Part shown: piece by piece, positions 1 through 11,249 of the stretch | How the letters are laid out: each line of letters starts with the position of its first letter | Position numbering within the stretch: position 1 is the stretch's first letter | Source: Ignavibacteriales bacterium | GTDB taxonomy: Bacteria > Bacteroidota > Ignavibacteria > T3Sed10-11 | Assembly: GCA_003568415.1 (NCBI GenBank) | Contig: PWXV01000155.1 | Coordinates: forward strand, 17,114-81,113 | Length of the DNA: 64,000 nt | Direction of reading: 5' to 3' | Notes under the pieces: generated by a model | What the model was told of the DNA's origin: nothing | The model's database searches: none | Seen by the model: the letters and a program-made list of their open reading frames with translations, nothing else | Translations under genes and position numbers: made by a program

Positions 1-636
1 AGGCCAATCCAGGTCGTCGAGTTTTTCGAGAAGTTCATCGGCATAATCGGTAATTTTGAAAAACCATTGAACGAGATCCTTTTTGATCACCTGCGAACTA
101 CACCGTTCACACAACCCCTCAACAACCTGTTCGTTTGCTAGTACTGTTTTGCAATCCGGACACCAATTTACAGGCGCTTTTCCGCGATACGCGTTACCGG
201 AATTATACAGGGTCAGGAATAACCATTGTGTCCATTTGTAATATTCCGGTACCGAGGTATCGATCTCATACCGCCAGTCATACATCGCTCCAATCCGTTT
301 GAGCTGCTCCCGGATATCGTTGACATTTTCCTGGGTGCTGTGATGAGGATGTACTCCCGTCTTAACGGCCGCATTCTCTGCCGGTAAACCGAACGCATCG
401 TAACCCATTGGTTCGAAAACTCTGTGTCCCTGCAGTTTTTTGAATCGTGCCCACGTATCGGTGGGACCATAGTTAAACCAATGGCCGATATGTAATTTTG
501 CCGCAGAAGGATAAATAAACATCACCAGACAATACAATTTATCTGTCGCGTCTCGGACATCAATGTGATAGGTACCCTCTTCTTCCCACCGTTTTTGCCA
601 TTTTCGTTCGATTTCTACCTGATTATACTTCATATG
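1..636 (-). CDS. leuS: Leucyl-tRNA synthetase, N-terminal part (runs off window start)
   Basis: Reverse-strand translation from the ATG at 636 reads [23 protein letters not shown]...[15 protein letters not shown]...[15 protein letters not shown]. This has the LeuS N-terminus, HIGH motif and DAFGLPAEN motif. No stop codon before position 1. Confidence 0.85.
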
Positions 637-749
637 TGCAATTACATCCGGTTTATACGTTAAAGTTATAGATTACGTTAAGATAGTAAAATTACGCAAT
701 TTAAGGAGATTAGTCAAATAAATGACTGAATGAATTTGAAGGAAATGTA

Positions 750-2483
750 TTATGAAACGGCTTTCAGAACAAGAGCGGTAATATCATCTGATTGATTATC
801 TGGATCGGCAAATTCCTGAACTGAAGCGAAAATATCGTCTAGCAATGATCCGGCACTCTCACACTCATTATGAAGCATCACATTCTCGATCCGCTCCTCA
901 CTGTACTCTTCGTTTTCTGCATTCATTGCCTCGCTCACACCGTCGGTGAACATTACCACCGTATCTCCGGGATCTAAATGAATGATCTCGTGTTCATACG
1001 TTATCATCGACCGTACAACTCCAAGAATCATTCCCCCTTTATCAAGCCGGCGAACTGTCCCGTCAGCTTTGCAATAAAACGGATGATTGTGACCGGCATT
1101 TACGTATTTTAAAGTATTATCTTCGGTGTTCAGTATTCCCCAGAAAAATGTTATGAAGTTGTCGGCAGAGGTATTATCATAGATGAGATCATTCACTCGC
1201 CCTGTCGCATCGGCAATTGTAATATCGAGTGGAGCAAGAGCACGGATGGTTGCCTGTAAGTTTGCCATTAACAGTGCGGCGGGCGTCCCCTTCCCTGATA
1301 CATCAGCTATGACAAGTAAATACCGGTGATCATCTAATTGCACTATATCGAAGTAGTCTCCTCCTACCTGCCTTGATGCAATAGTCTTCGCGGCTAATTG
1401 ATACCGCGGAATTGCTGGAATCGACTTCGGGAGCAATCCCTGCTGAATTTGATGTGCAATTTTCAGCTCTTCCTCAAGACGTTGTTTCTCAAGTGTCTCT
1501 TCAAAGAGCCGGATATTCTCCATCGATATCATTGCGAGATTACCGAGTGAAGAAAGAAACTCAAGATCCTTTTCTGAATAAGGAGCACCGGTCATTCGTT
1601 TACCGAGCAACATGACTCCTCGTGTTACACCCTGAATGGTCATCGGTACAATTACCGATATAGCATAATCGTCCAAACAACGATAGGTGTCGGGTTCGAA
1701 TGTATCCGGGCTATCCGTAACAATGACAGGTTTTATACACCGTAATAAATCGTGAAGCACGGTTTGCTTTACCTCTTTTACCGGCAACCGGGATGCAATC
1801 ACTTCACACCGATCATTCTCTTTTACCGCGATAAGATACCGATTGGTACCGAGATGGCCGAGCAGAGAAAAGACCAGAACTTTTATAAGCTGTTCCCGTT
1901 CAATAACGGCACCGAACTCTTTACTCATTTCGAATAACGTATTCAGTTCCTGGATTCTGCTGTCAAGATTTCGATTTGCTTCCTTTAATTCTTCGAGAAT
2001 GGATGTCTTTTCAATTGCCGTTGCTGAAATATTGACAAGTGAACGGAAGAATATTTCTTCAGATGGGCTGAACTGTTGTTCACCGATACGCTTGCCAAGA
2101 CACACAATTCCGATAAGTTTACCGCGTACTGTCAGGTCAAGAATATGGGTAAGTCCGCTATTCTGTAAACGTGTTAGCCATGGGAATTGCTGATAATCGT
2201 GTGAATGAATACTAATTTGCATTTCCGGTTCAGGAGAGATTTCCAGATGTTCTTGTTCCCGTATGTCGTGTATTCCCTTCGCTTTCGCCACACGGTACGT
2301 GGTACCATTTTCCCGGAGTAATATTAATCCGCGTGTAAAACGGAGTTTTCCCATGAGTGTGTAGAGAACATTATTCAGAATGAAATCGATATCAAACGAT
2401 GAGTTGATTGTGCGGGTAAACTCAACGAGTGGCTGTAATTCAAATGGTGATGATGTTTGTGTATTTTGGTTTACTACCGACAT
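750..2483 (-). CDS. GAF-domain PP2C-type Ser/Thr phosphatase (RsbU/SpoIIE family)
   Basis: The C-terminal SpoIIE/PP2C motifs GGDYFD, DVSGKG and FTDGVSEA are intact. N-terminal GAF-like region. Coiled-coil linker. Confidence 0.8.
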   Translation of the reverse strand: MSVVNQNTQTSSPFELQPLVEFTRTINSSFDIDFILNNVLYTLMGKLRFTRGLILLRENGTTYRVAKAKGIHDIREQEHLEISPEPEMQISIHSHDYQQFPWLTRLQNSGLTHILDLTVRGKLIGIVCLGKRIGEQQFSPSEEIFFRSLVNISATAIEKTSILEELKEANRNLDSRIQELNTLFEMSKEFGAVIEREQLIKVLVFSLLGHLGTNRYLIAVKENDRCEVIASRLPVKEVKQTVLHDLLRCIKPVIVTDSPDTFEPDTYRCLDDYAISVIVPMTIQGVTRGVMLLGKRMTGAPYSEKDLEFLSSLGNLAMISMENIRLFEETLEKQRLEEELKIAHQIQQGLLPKSIPAIPRYQLAAKTIASRQVGGDYFDIVQLDDHRYLLVIADVSGKGTPAALLMANLQATIRALAPLDITIADATGRVNDLIYDNTSADNFITFFWGILNTEDNTLKYVNAGHNHPFYCKADGTVRRLDKGGMILGVVRSMITYEHEIIHLDPGDTVVMFTDGVSEAMNAENEEYSEERIENVMLHNECESAGSLLDDIFASVQEFADPDNQSDDITALVLKAVS

Positions 2484-2537
2484 GGAATGATAAAAATATT
2501 ATATTTTCAATGGGGCTCTATAAAAATCGTATCACGA

Positions 2538-2975
2538 TTATTGTAAATACTTGGTTAAAATAACCCGGTTCTTTCTTCCCGGCTGGATTTTATATTCAAC
2601 TTTATCCATAAGTGATTTCATCAGATACATACCGAATCCGCCCCGTTTATAGCTTTTTATGTGTTCTTTCATATCGGGCATTTTGATAGCATCGGGTTCG
2701 AACGGCATCCCTTGATCCTCAATCATTATCTCAAAAGTATTATTCCGTGCTTTCAATCTCAGGTGAATAGGATAATTCGAGGCATTTTTATAGGCATGCT
2801 TTATTATATTCGTACAAGCTTCATCGACAGCGAGAGTTATTTTACTTACTTCATCATCACTAAAACCGAATTTTTTAGCTTCATCGGAAATAAATGCTCT
2901 CACCTTATTCAGGTACGATGTCTTGCTTTGTATGGTTAATTCTTTCAAGTTATTTGATTCTGTTTTCTGTTTCAC
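2538..2975 (-). CDS. Anti-sigma regulatory factor / Ser protein kinase (RsbW/SpoIIAB-like, HATPase_c)
   Basis: 145 aa. HATPase N-box region AVDEACTNIIKHAY. Size and position next to a STAS protein. Confidence 0.75.
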   Translation of the reverse strand: MKQKTESNNLKELTIQSKTSYLNKVRAFISDEAKKFGFSDDEVSKITLAVDEACTNIIKHAYKNASNYPIHLRLKARNNTFEIMIEDQGMPFEPDAIKMPDMKEHIKSYKRGGFGMYLMKSLMDKVEYKIQPGRKNRVILTKYLQ

Positions 2976-3021
2976 GATTATTGGTTCTCCTGAACCGTCA
3001 TCTAGTACGAAAAATCAATCG

Positions 3022-3381
3022 TTATTCTGACTGAACACTATTGAATTTTTCAATCGCTTCGCCCTCCTGTTTGAATATCTCATAAAGCAGCGGGAAGCCG
3101 AGCAGATCAAAGACATTATAGACCTTCTGCGACATATTGGAAAATTTTATATCGCCTTTTTGCTCGCGCACATCTTCAACAAATGCCATAAATACACCGA
3201 GTCCGGCACTGCTGATATACGAGAGGTCGTTACAATTAACAACGATTTTATGATGACCCTTATTAATAAGGTCCTGAAACGTTTCTTCGAGTTTCGGTGC
3301 GGTATGTGCATCGAGATAGCCCTTCAGTTCTAACACATGCACCGGATTCTCATTCCGGACCTTTATTGAAAAATCACTCAT
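3022..3381 (-). CDS. STAS-domain anti-sigma-factor antagonist (RsbV/SpoIIAA-like)
   Basis: 119 aa. STAS fold signature around DLSYISSAGLGVF, with a phosphorylatable Ser. Confidence 0.75.
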   Translation of the reverse strand: MSDFSIKVRNENPVHVLELKGYLDAHTAPKLEETFQDLINKGHHKIVVNCNDLSYISSAGLGVFMAFVEDVREQKGDIKFSNMSQKVYNVFDLLGFPLLYEIFKQEGEAIEKFNSVQSE

Positions 3382-3415
3382 GCTAAAATCTCCTTGCTTA
3401 TATATACGAAACTAT

Positions 3416-5548
3416 TCATCCTGAGTTTCTTTTTAAGATAACAATTGTTATATCATCATCAAAAGAATCACTGCCGGTAAATGCTGAAATCTCATCCAAA
3501 ATGAGCGAACGCAGCTCACGCGGACTCTTTTCCTTATGTTTTGTGACCAGCGTCACAAGCCTGTCCGTGCCGAATTCTTCACCATCCGATTTTCTGGCTT
3601 CGGTTACTCCGTCGGTATAAAATACACAAACATCACCAACGGAAATCGGTATTTTTTCTTCTTCGATAACTTCATCGAATAACTCTGCACCGGTCAAGCC
3701 GAGACCTATACCATTTGGTTTATGCAGTTTTACCGTACCGTTATGCAGATTCATCATCGGACAGTGCCCCGCCCTCGATAAATGCATTGAATGATCGGAA
3801 GTATCAACAATAGCATAAATTAACGAAATAAATGCACTTTTATCAATACTGCCATATAAGGCATTGTTAGCTTTAACCAGGAATTCGGCCGTCGAGGTAC
3901 ACGATTTGCTTAATGCCTGAAATATACCTTTGAGTTCAGCCATATAAAACGCTGCAGACACGCCTTTCCCTGAAACATCACCTATCACGACACCGAGTCT
4001 GTTAGAATCGAGTTCGATTACATCATAATAATCTCCGCCAACTTCAAATGCCGGTGCAGAGAAGGCATCCAGCTCAAATCCTTTCGGTTCGGGCAGTCGT
4101 TGCGGCAACAGCTTCTTCTGCACTTTTTGTGCAACCATGAGTTCCTGTTGCAACCGCTCCCGCTCTATAGATTGTTCGATGAGCCGGGAGTTTTCGATTG
4201 CAATTGAAACGTGATCGGCAAAGGTCGAAATCAGTTCGGTTTCTTCCTTATCGAATCCGAATTCCATGGTTTTCGCGGCATAGAGAATACCGATCATCTG
4301 CTCCTGAGATACAAGCGGTACACCTATTAAAGAACCTATATTTTTCACTGAACGACTGATATCACGAGTCCGCCTGTCACGAACAAATTCATCGATAACG
4401 ACCACTTTTTTAGTTTCGATAATATGCCGGCGAAGTCCGGTTTCCGGATGTGTTATTATATCAATTTCAGCCGGTTCAATATTTTTAAGGGCAACGAGTT
4501 CGAATTCCATAGCACCATCACCGGCATCATTCTTTTTAATTACCTCAAGCCAGGCGCTGCGGGCTTCGGTAACTTCAATAGTCAGATTTGTAACCGTCTG
4601 TACCAGGTCTTTGAAGTCAAATACCCGGGTAATTAATCGGCTCAGATTGTGTACCGAACTCAACTCAATACGTTTCCGGTCGAACGCCTCTGCGGTCGGC
4701 AAATGGAATAATGACACAACAAAGCTCATACCGAAATAAATCACACTGAATATGGCAATAATACGCACAAAATATTGCAATGGATAATGATAATACAATA
4801 AGCTCCGGTTTATGAAACCACTCTCGGTCAGTGTGACATTGAGAATGATAAACAGGACAAAAAGCAAGAAACTATATCCGATGCTGTATAATTTTTCACG
4901 TTTTGAAAGGTATACTATCCACGTAAATTTAAACGAGTTGGCAATGCCGGCAAAAATCGCTATAACAAAAAAGACAAATGATGTGGTCGTACTTTCGAGC
5001 GGTTCTTGATTCCAGACAGAGAGTGAGGCGATACCCAGGATGACCAGAAATATTATTAAATTTCTCTTGGTGCCCTTTCGTTGTTTAATGAATATAAGCT
5101 GAGCAATGGTATATAATAATATAATTGCAACTATACCTGTGAATATGCTGACAATATTTGCAAAGAATATAGTAAGATAATCGGTCGGAATGAGTTGCTT
5201 TTCAAGTGCTTCAAACCCATTAATAGAGATCAATGCAATTACGAGCGACATTGCCAGGAAGGAAAGCAAGGTCATAAAAATAATCCCGAATAGACGGAGT
5301 GGATTCACCGATCTCCTGGGCATGATCGATTGCAGAAATATGTATAATCCGATAAATGCGAGTACAACAAAGACATTGCGGAGTTGTGAGATCAATCCGA
5401 GATCGATTTCCAGGTTTTTATGCACTGCATCGATTATAAAAACTATCAAAAACAGTACACCTGCACCCGTGACAGACACTGCTCCGCTTATTTTCGTTTT
5501 TATAATATGTGCAATAGATTGTTTCATCATACCCGAAGTTTTTTCCAA
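3416..5548 (-). CDS. Membrane-anchored sensor PP2C phosphatase (multi-TM N-terminus + GAF + SpoIIE domain)
   Basis: About 7 predicted TM helices in the first 300 aa. A GAF-like region follows, then the PP2C motifs GGDYYD, GDVSGKG and YTDGVTEA. The true start is probably the internal MMKQ, which would avoid the 22-nt overlap with the upstream MATE gene. Confidence 0.8.
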   Translation of the reverse strand: MEKTSGMMKQSIAHIIKTKISGAVSVTGAGVLFLIVFIIDAVHKNLEIDLGLISQLRNVFVVLAFIGLYIFLQSIMPRRSVNPLRLFGIIFMTLLSFLAMSLVIALISINGFEALEKQLIPTDYLTIFFANIVSIFTGIVAIILLYTIAQLIFIKQRKGTKRNLIIFLVILGIASLSVWNQEPLESTTTSFVFFVIAIFAGIANSFKFTWIVYLSKREKLYSIGYSFLLFVLFIILNVTLTESGFINRSLLYYHYPLQYFVRIIAIFSVIYFGMSFVVSLFHLPTAEAFDRKRIELSSVHNLSRLITRVFDFKDLVQTVTNLTIEVTEARSAWLEVIKKNDAGDGAMEFELVALKNIEPAEIDIITHPETGLRRHIIETKKVVVIDEFVRDRRTRDISRSVKNIGSLIGVPLVSQEQMIGILYAAKTMEFGFDKEETELISTFADHVSIAIENSRLIEQSIERERLQQELMVAQKVQKKLLPQRLPEPKGFELDAFSAPAFEVGGDYYDVIELDSNRLGVVIGDVSGKGVSAAFYMAELKGIFQALSKSCTSTAEFLVKANNALYGSIDKSAFISLIYAIVDTSDHSMHLSRAGHCPMMNLHNGTVKLHKPNGIGLGLTGAELFDEVIEEEKIPISVGDVCVFYTDGVTEARKSDGEEFGTDRLVTLVTKHKEKSPRELRSLILDEISAFTGSDSFDDDITIVILKRNSG

Positions 5549-6882
5549 CCACCCGAACGGAATTTCAGAAACATTATAAGACTATAGGTAATAATATATG
5601 CCGGTAATGCTAACCATGCACCGATTAATCCCAGATCAAGCGGTACAGCAAATATATATGCAATCGGTAAAAACACAAGCCAATGCGTGATGATCTCACT
5701 TAGCATAACAAAAACCATCGCACCTGCAGCCTGTAACGCATTAGCAAGAATTATTCCTACAGCATAAAATATTTGTGCCGCTCCGGCAATACGAATGACC
5801 GGTATTGCAGCATTAATAACATTTTCATTGGTAGTGATTATTAACAACACAAACTGTGGAATTACCAAAAAAATAATCCCAACACAGATTGTAAATATCG
5901 TTCCGAGCTTTGCAGTTTCAAAACCGTAACTTTGGGCGAGAAACATTTTTTTATTACCCATATGATGACCGATCAATGTTTGAGCTGCGATACCAAATCC
6001 GAATAACGGCATAAAAGAAATAAAGAGTGCTGTTATCACGACCTGGGTGGCAGCCTGCTCAAGGGTCCCTACCATTCCGGTTATCCCGACAAATACCAGA
6101 AATCCGCTCAGGATAAAAACACTCTGTACCGACACCGGAATTGATATCCTGAAGATCGAACGGATGATATCCTTCGATAAACGGATATCAGAATAGTATC
6201 TATATGGTATTCGATAATTACGTAAAAATGTTACAAAAACGAAGAAAAAGGTACTGACAAAGATACCTATTGTCGATGCAAGACCGGCACCTGCAAGTTC
6301 CATTCTCGGGAATCCAAAGTTCCCGAAAATCAAAAAGTAATTAAATATTATATTCAACAGGTTCATTATGATCGCGGAGATCATAAAAATATTCGTTCTG
6401 CCAATACCATAAAAAAATCCACGGTATGATACGCTTATCAGGAAAAACGGCAGTCCGACAAACCGGTACATCATATATCCCGAACCGGCATTGGATACCT
6501 CTCTGTCACTGGAAAAGAGATCTATAATTTCATATGAGTAGAAATATCCGAGAGTGCCGAATATCAAACCGAGTACCGTACAAACTATCAGAGAATTATT
6601 TAATACCTGGCCTGCTGACGGTTTATCTCCTTCACCGTGTCGTCTAGCAACTAAAACGTGGGTACCGGTTGCAAGACTTGAAAATATACTTATAATTGCC
6701 CAGGTCGCAAGGAGTCCGAGCCCCATTGCTGCGAGTGCAAGCTCTGCAGTGTGAAGCCGTCCTACCATCGCAGTATCTACAACCGATACCACCATTTGTG
6801 AGGATAAACCGGCAATTGCAGGTGCAGCTATTTTGACAACCTGCCGAGAAAGACGTTTATCGGGAAGAAAGTTCATTGGCAC
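5527..6882 (-). CDS. MATE family efflux transporter (NorM/DinF-like)
   Basis: 451 aa with 12 predicted TM helices. N-terminal consensus IAAPAIAGLSSQMVVSVVDTAMVGRL is typical of MATE. Confidence 0.8.
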   Translation of the reverse strand: MPMNFLPDKRLSRQVVKIAAPAIAGLSSQMVVSVVDTAMVGRLHTAELALAAMGLGLLATWAIISIFSSLATGTHVLVARRHGEGDKPSAGQVLNNSLIVCTVLGLIFGTLGYFYSYEIIDLFSSDREVSNAGSGYMMYRFVGLPFFLISVSYRGFFYGIGRTNIFMISAIIMNLLNIIFNYFLIFGNFGFPRMELAGAGLASTIGIFVSTFFFVFVTFLRNYRIPYRYYSDIRLSKDIIRSIFRISIPVSVQSVFILSGFLVFVGITGMVGTLEQAATQVVITALFISFMPLFGFGIAAQTLIGHHMGNKKMFLAQSYGFETAKLGTIFTICVGIIFLVIPQFVLLIITTNENVINAAIPVIRIAGAAQIFYAVGIILANALQAAGAMVFVMLSEIITHWLVFLPIAYIFAVPLDLGLIGAWLALPAYIITYSLIMFLKFRSGGWKKLRV

Positions 6883-6933
6883 CTGCAGGCTCCAGCAGGA
6901 GTCGATGTATTTCTAGGTACTCAAATTTCGAAA

Positions 6934-7629
6934 TTATAGTACAACCCGGATCTGTGCGATGTATCTATCTACATCCTGAGTGTATATGGACTCGGGATAC
7001 TCTTCTTGTAACTTTTCAAAAACATTCAATGCTTTCTTATATTCACCTGCTTCGAGATAGTTACGTCCGGCATGTTTCAGGTTCTCCGGTGTGACAGCGG
7101 TTCTTCCATACCGGTTTGCAGCCTGCTGATAGTACTCTGCAGCTTTCACATACTCCCCCCTGACTTCATATATTGCAGCACGACCGGCAAGCGCTGATGC
7201 ACGCAAGAGATCATCCGAACCCCGGAATTCTGAAAAATACCGGTATGCATCATCATATTCCCCGAGATGATAATATGCATTAGCGAGATAGAAAGAAGCG
7301 ATTCTTCCGGCTTCAGTTCTACGATAATTATCGGCAATATCCCTTAATCCCATAATATTCTGCTCCAGTACACCTTCTATTGCACGTTCATATCGGGCTT
7401 CATCATAGAGTGGATAAACTTTGCCGAGTTCGGTCATTGCTCGTTCATGCTCACTTTGGAGATTTGTATAGTATATCACACCTATTAACACGAGGGCGAT
7501 TACTGCGATACCTCCAAAAAGTAAGTGTTTTCGGTAATCATAGATTTTGTCGTAGACTTTAAAATACGTTGAAACTAATTTGTCTTGTTTGATTTCTTTT
7601 CTTGAAATCTTCTTTTTTGGTCGTAACAT
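6934..7629 (-). CDS. Tetratricopeptide-repeat protein with N-terminal membrane anchor
   Basis: Basic N-terminus, one TM helix, then TPR-like repeats (AxxYY / LGEYDDA patterns). Confidence 0.6.
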   Translation of the reverse strand: MLRPKKKISRKEIKQDKLVSTYFKVYDKIYDYRKHLLFGGIAVIALVLIGVIYYTNLQSEHERAMTELGKVYPLYDEARYERAIEGVLEQNIMGLRDIADNYRRTEAGRIASFYLANAYYHLGEYDDAYRYFSEFRGSDDLLRASALAGRAAIYEVRGEYVKAAEYYQQAANRYGRTAVTPENLKHAGRNYLEAGEYKKALNVFEKLQEEYPESIYTQDVDRYIAQIRVVL

Positions 7630-7671
7630 AATATCTCACATCCTCACTTTAATGATAAATAAATATTGTTG

Positions 7672-7745
7672 TACGCCCGACAGGATTCGAACCTGTGACC
7701 TACAGCTCCGGAGGCTGTCGCTCTATCCAGCTGAGCTACGGGCGC
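7672..7745 (-). tRNA. tRNA-Arg (anticodon CCG)
   Basis: Reverse complement GCGCCCGTAGCTCAGCTGGATAGAGCGACAGCCTCCGGAGCTGTAGGTCACAGGTTCGAATCCTGTCGGGCGTA folds as a cloverleaf. 7-bp acceptor stem with one G-U pair, GG in the D-loop, TTCGAAT T-loop, anticodon loop CTCCGGA. Confidence 0.85.
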
Positions 7746-7828
7746 ATTGCATTTCACATTATAACCCTATAAAATACAAAACTTTAGGGGGGAATACAAG
7801 AGAAACCGGTTTATGAGCGTAAAGGTTG

Positions 7829-8869
7829 TTATTTAAACGAAATAGGTTCGCCCGAATACCAGCCCGACAGGTAATACATAACCGCGTTGCGGCCTGCCCG
7901 TTGGGCCTCAAAAAGGGCGTGTTTGCCCGTAAGCATAACTTCTTCCACAGTTGCACCGTTAACCGGATATACCGATACTCCGACACTGATTGACGAATCA
8001 AATTTCTGATCCGTAAATTCCTTTTCATGAATCTCTTTCCTGAGATTTGCTGCAAATTCCAGCGCACTCTCAAGCTCGGTCTTTGGCAGCAAAATCACAA
8101 ATTCATCAATACCGAAGCGGCACGCGGCATCGACATTCCTTATTCGTGATTTTAACAGGTCTCCTATTTCCTTAACGAGTTCTGTCCCCATCTCGGTCCC
8201 GTACGTATTCGTTACATATTTAAAATTATCGATATCGAAAAGAATTAGTGAAAAACTTTCCTTAAATGTACTCGCGCGCTTAAAATTATCGTTCACTTTT
8301 TCCATAAATGTCGCATAGGTATCGAGTCCGGTTATTGGATCGACACGCTCAAGGTGTAATATCTTCTCCCGTAAACGGTATTTATGGAGCGCTAATCCTG
8401 CAAGGTCGGCAAATAGTTGTACAATCTTTACATCCTGCTTTGAAAAACTTTTTACCTCCCGACTATCCACGTGCAGGTAACCCAACGTTCGTTGATTGAC
8501 CGAGATTTGTACCGCAATGCATGAACCAAACGATTTCTCAAGCTGAACTTCATCAGCATTTTCGCTATCGTCCTGGCTATCTGGTATACATATTGGCTCG
8601 CCGGTCCACAGCAGTTTACCTATCATACCAGTTGTAACTCTTGTTCGAAACTTCTTACAAAAGGTAAGCGATAAACCGCTACTATTCTCTACCCGGAGAT
8701 ATTCGGTTTTCGGATCGATTAGTATAATAGCGCACGTTTGACAATGATATAATCGCTGTAACTTATCGATAATTAAATGAAATACGTGTTCATATTGATG
8801 TGCCGATTTTAACTCATTAACTATATCGGTAAGATGGTGTAATCGGAGTTCTCTAACTGTATCTTCCAT
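7829..8869 (-). CDS. GAF-GGDEF domain protein with variant active-site motif GIDEF and intact I-site RxxD
   Basis: C-terminal GGDEF fold (LILFDIDNFKYVNDTYG ... RNVDAACRFGIDEFVILLP). RNVD lies 5 residues before the GIDEF motif. Confidence 0.75.
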   Translation of the reverse strand: MEDTVRELRLHHLTDIVNELKSAHQYEHVFHLIIDKLQRLYHCQTCAIILIDPKTEYLRVENSSGLSLTFCKKFRTRVTTGMIGKLLWTGEPICIPDSQDDSENADEVQLEKSFGSCIAVQISVNQRTLGYLHVDSREVKSFSKQDVKIVQLFADLAGLALHKYRLREKILHLERVDPITGLDTYATFMEKVNDNFKRASTFKESFSLILFDIDNFKYVTNTYGTEMGTELVKEIGDLLKSRIRNVDAACRFGIDEFVILLPKTELESALEFAANLRKEIHEKEFTDQKFDSSISVGVSVYPVNGATVEEVMLTGKHALFEAQRAGRNAVMYYLSGWYSGEPISFK

Positions 8870-8923
8870 GGTGTGTACTCCTTTCGAATGTACATAAGAA
8901 TATATTACGACTTTATCGCAAAA

Positions 8924-9595
8924 TCAATATTTTTTCTTCGGTAGAAAGAAAATCAACATCACGGCACCGGCAGCAAACCCTCCTGCATGAGCCCACCAGG
9001 CAATGCCAGTTGATGTTTCATAATACAAAGCAGTCCACCCACTCCATAGCTGAATAATAAACCAACCGCCAAGAAAAATGAGTGCAGGAATATTAAAAAC
9101 CGGAAAGAGAATAAGCAGCGGAATGACAACCTGAATACGCGCAAGCGGATACAGAAAGAAATAGGCACCGAGAACTCCGGCTATAGCGCCGCTTGCACCG
9201 ATAAGTGGTGTTGTGGAGTCTACATAAAAGAAAAAATGCGTAAGTGTAGCAATAATGCCGGTGACAATGTAGAACAAGAAAAACCGCAAATGCCCGAATC
9301 GTGATTCAACACTACTTCCGAACACCCATAAATACAACATATTACCGAGGAGATGAAACAGTCCGCCGTGTAAAAATAGGGATGTAATTAATGTCGGGAA
9401 ATGAGAAGCACCGGCAATAGGATTCAGGATAGCACGGTATAATTCAGCCGGCACAACCGCATATCTGCCAATAAATTTGTCAATCTCAGCTCCCAGTGAT
9501 ATCTGATATATAAATATCGCAACGTTGGTACTGATGAGTAAAACCGTTACGACGGGAGGTTTCAATCTATAGACATTATCACGTACCGGTATCAT
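8924..9595 (-). CDS. Rhomboid family intramembrane serine protease
   Basis: Six-TM protein with HLLGNMLYLWVFG and GASGAIAGVLGAYF (catalytic Ser in GASG) and a downstream His. Confidence 0.8.
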   Translation of the reverse strand: MIPVRDNVYRLKPPVVTVLLISTNVAIFIYQISLGAEIDKFIGRYAVVPAELYRAILNPIAGASHFPTLITSLFLHGGLFHLLGNMLYLWVFGSSVESRFGHLRFFLFYIVTGIIATLTHFFFYVDSTTPLIGASGAIAGVLGAYFFLYPLARIQVVIPLLILFPVFNIPALIFLGGWFIIQLWSGWTALYYETSTGIAWWAHAGGFAAGAVMLIFFLPKKKY

Positions 9596-9766
9596 GAAAA
9601 TTTGGTTATCTATGAAGAAAAAATAGTTAGCGAATTACGGATAGCAATATACTAAAATTTCCGAACTTTTTTCTCCTTACTGCAGATTGAATCCCACGAA
9701 TTTTTTCATTACATTTTCTAAACACCTTTGATTCTTTTCTGATTAGTATGTATCATTCAATTCTGA

Positions 9767-11170
<1,404 letters not shown>

Positions 11171-11183
11171 AACACTTCCTCCA

Positions 11184-11232
11184 AAAGCCACGGAATTTTA
11201 CATTTATTTCCAGTGTACTATCTGTGGCTTTT
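11184..11232. terminator. Putative bidirectional hairpin between convergent tpl and spmB
   Basis: AAAAGCCAC ... GTGGCTTTT 9-bp stem, but with a large ~31-nt loop, followed by a T-rich tract. A weak terminator candidate. Confidence 0.3.
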
Positions 11233-11249
11233 GCATTTGTTATCCCTTT

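Noticed and set aside
213-470. 85-aa minus-strand ORF from the six-frame track
   Set aside because: Lies inside the leuS coding region but in a different frame. The LeuS reading frame (start at 636) has conserved motifs. This ORF has none.
1843-2193. 116-aa + strand ORF
   Set aside because: Antisense within the GAF-PP2C phosphatase gene.
7580-7816. 78-aa + strand ORF (…[28 protein letters not shown]…)
   Set aside because: It is the antisense read-through of the tRNA-Arg gene, a classic spurious ORF.
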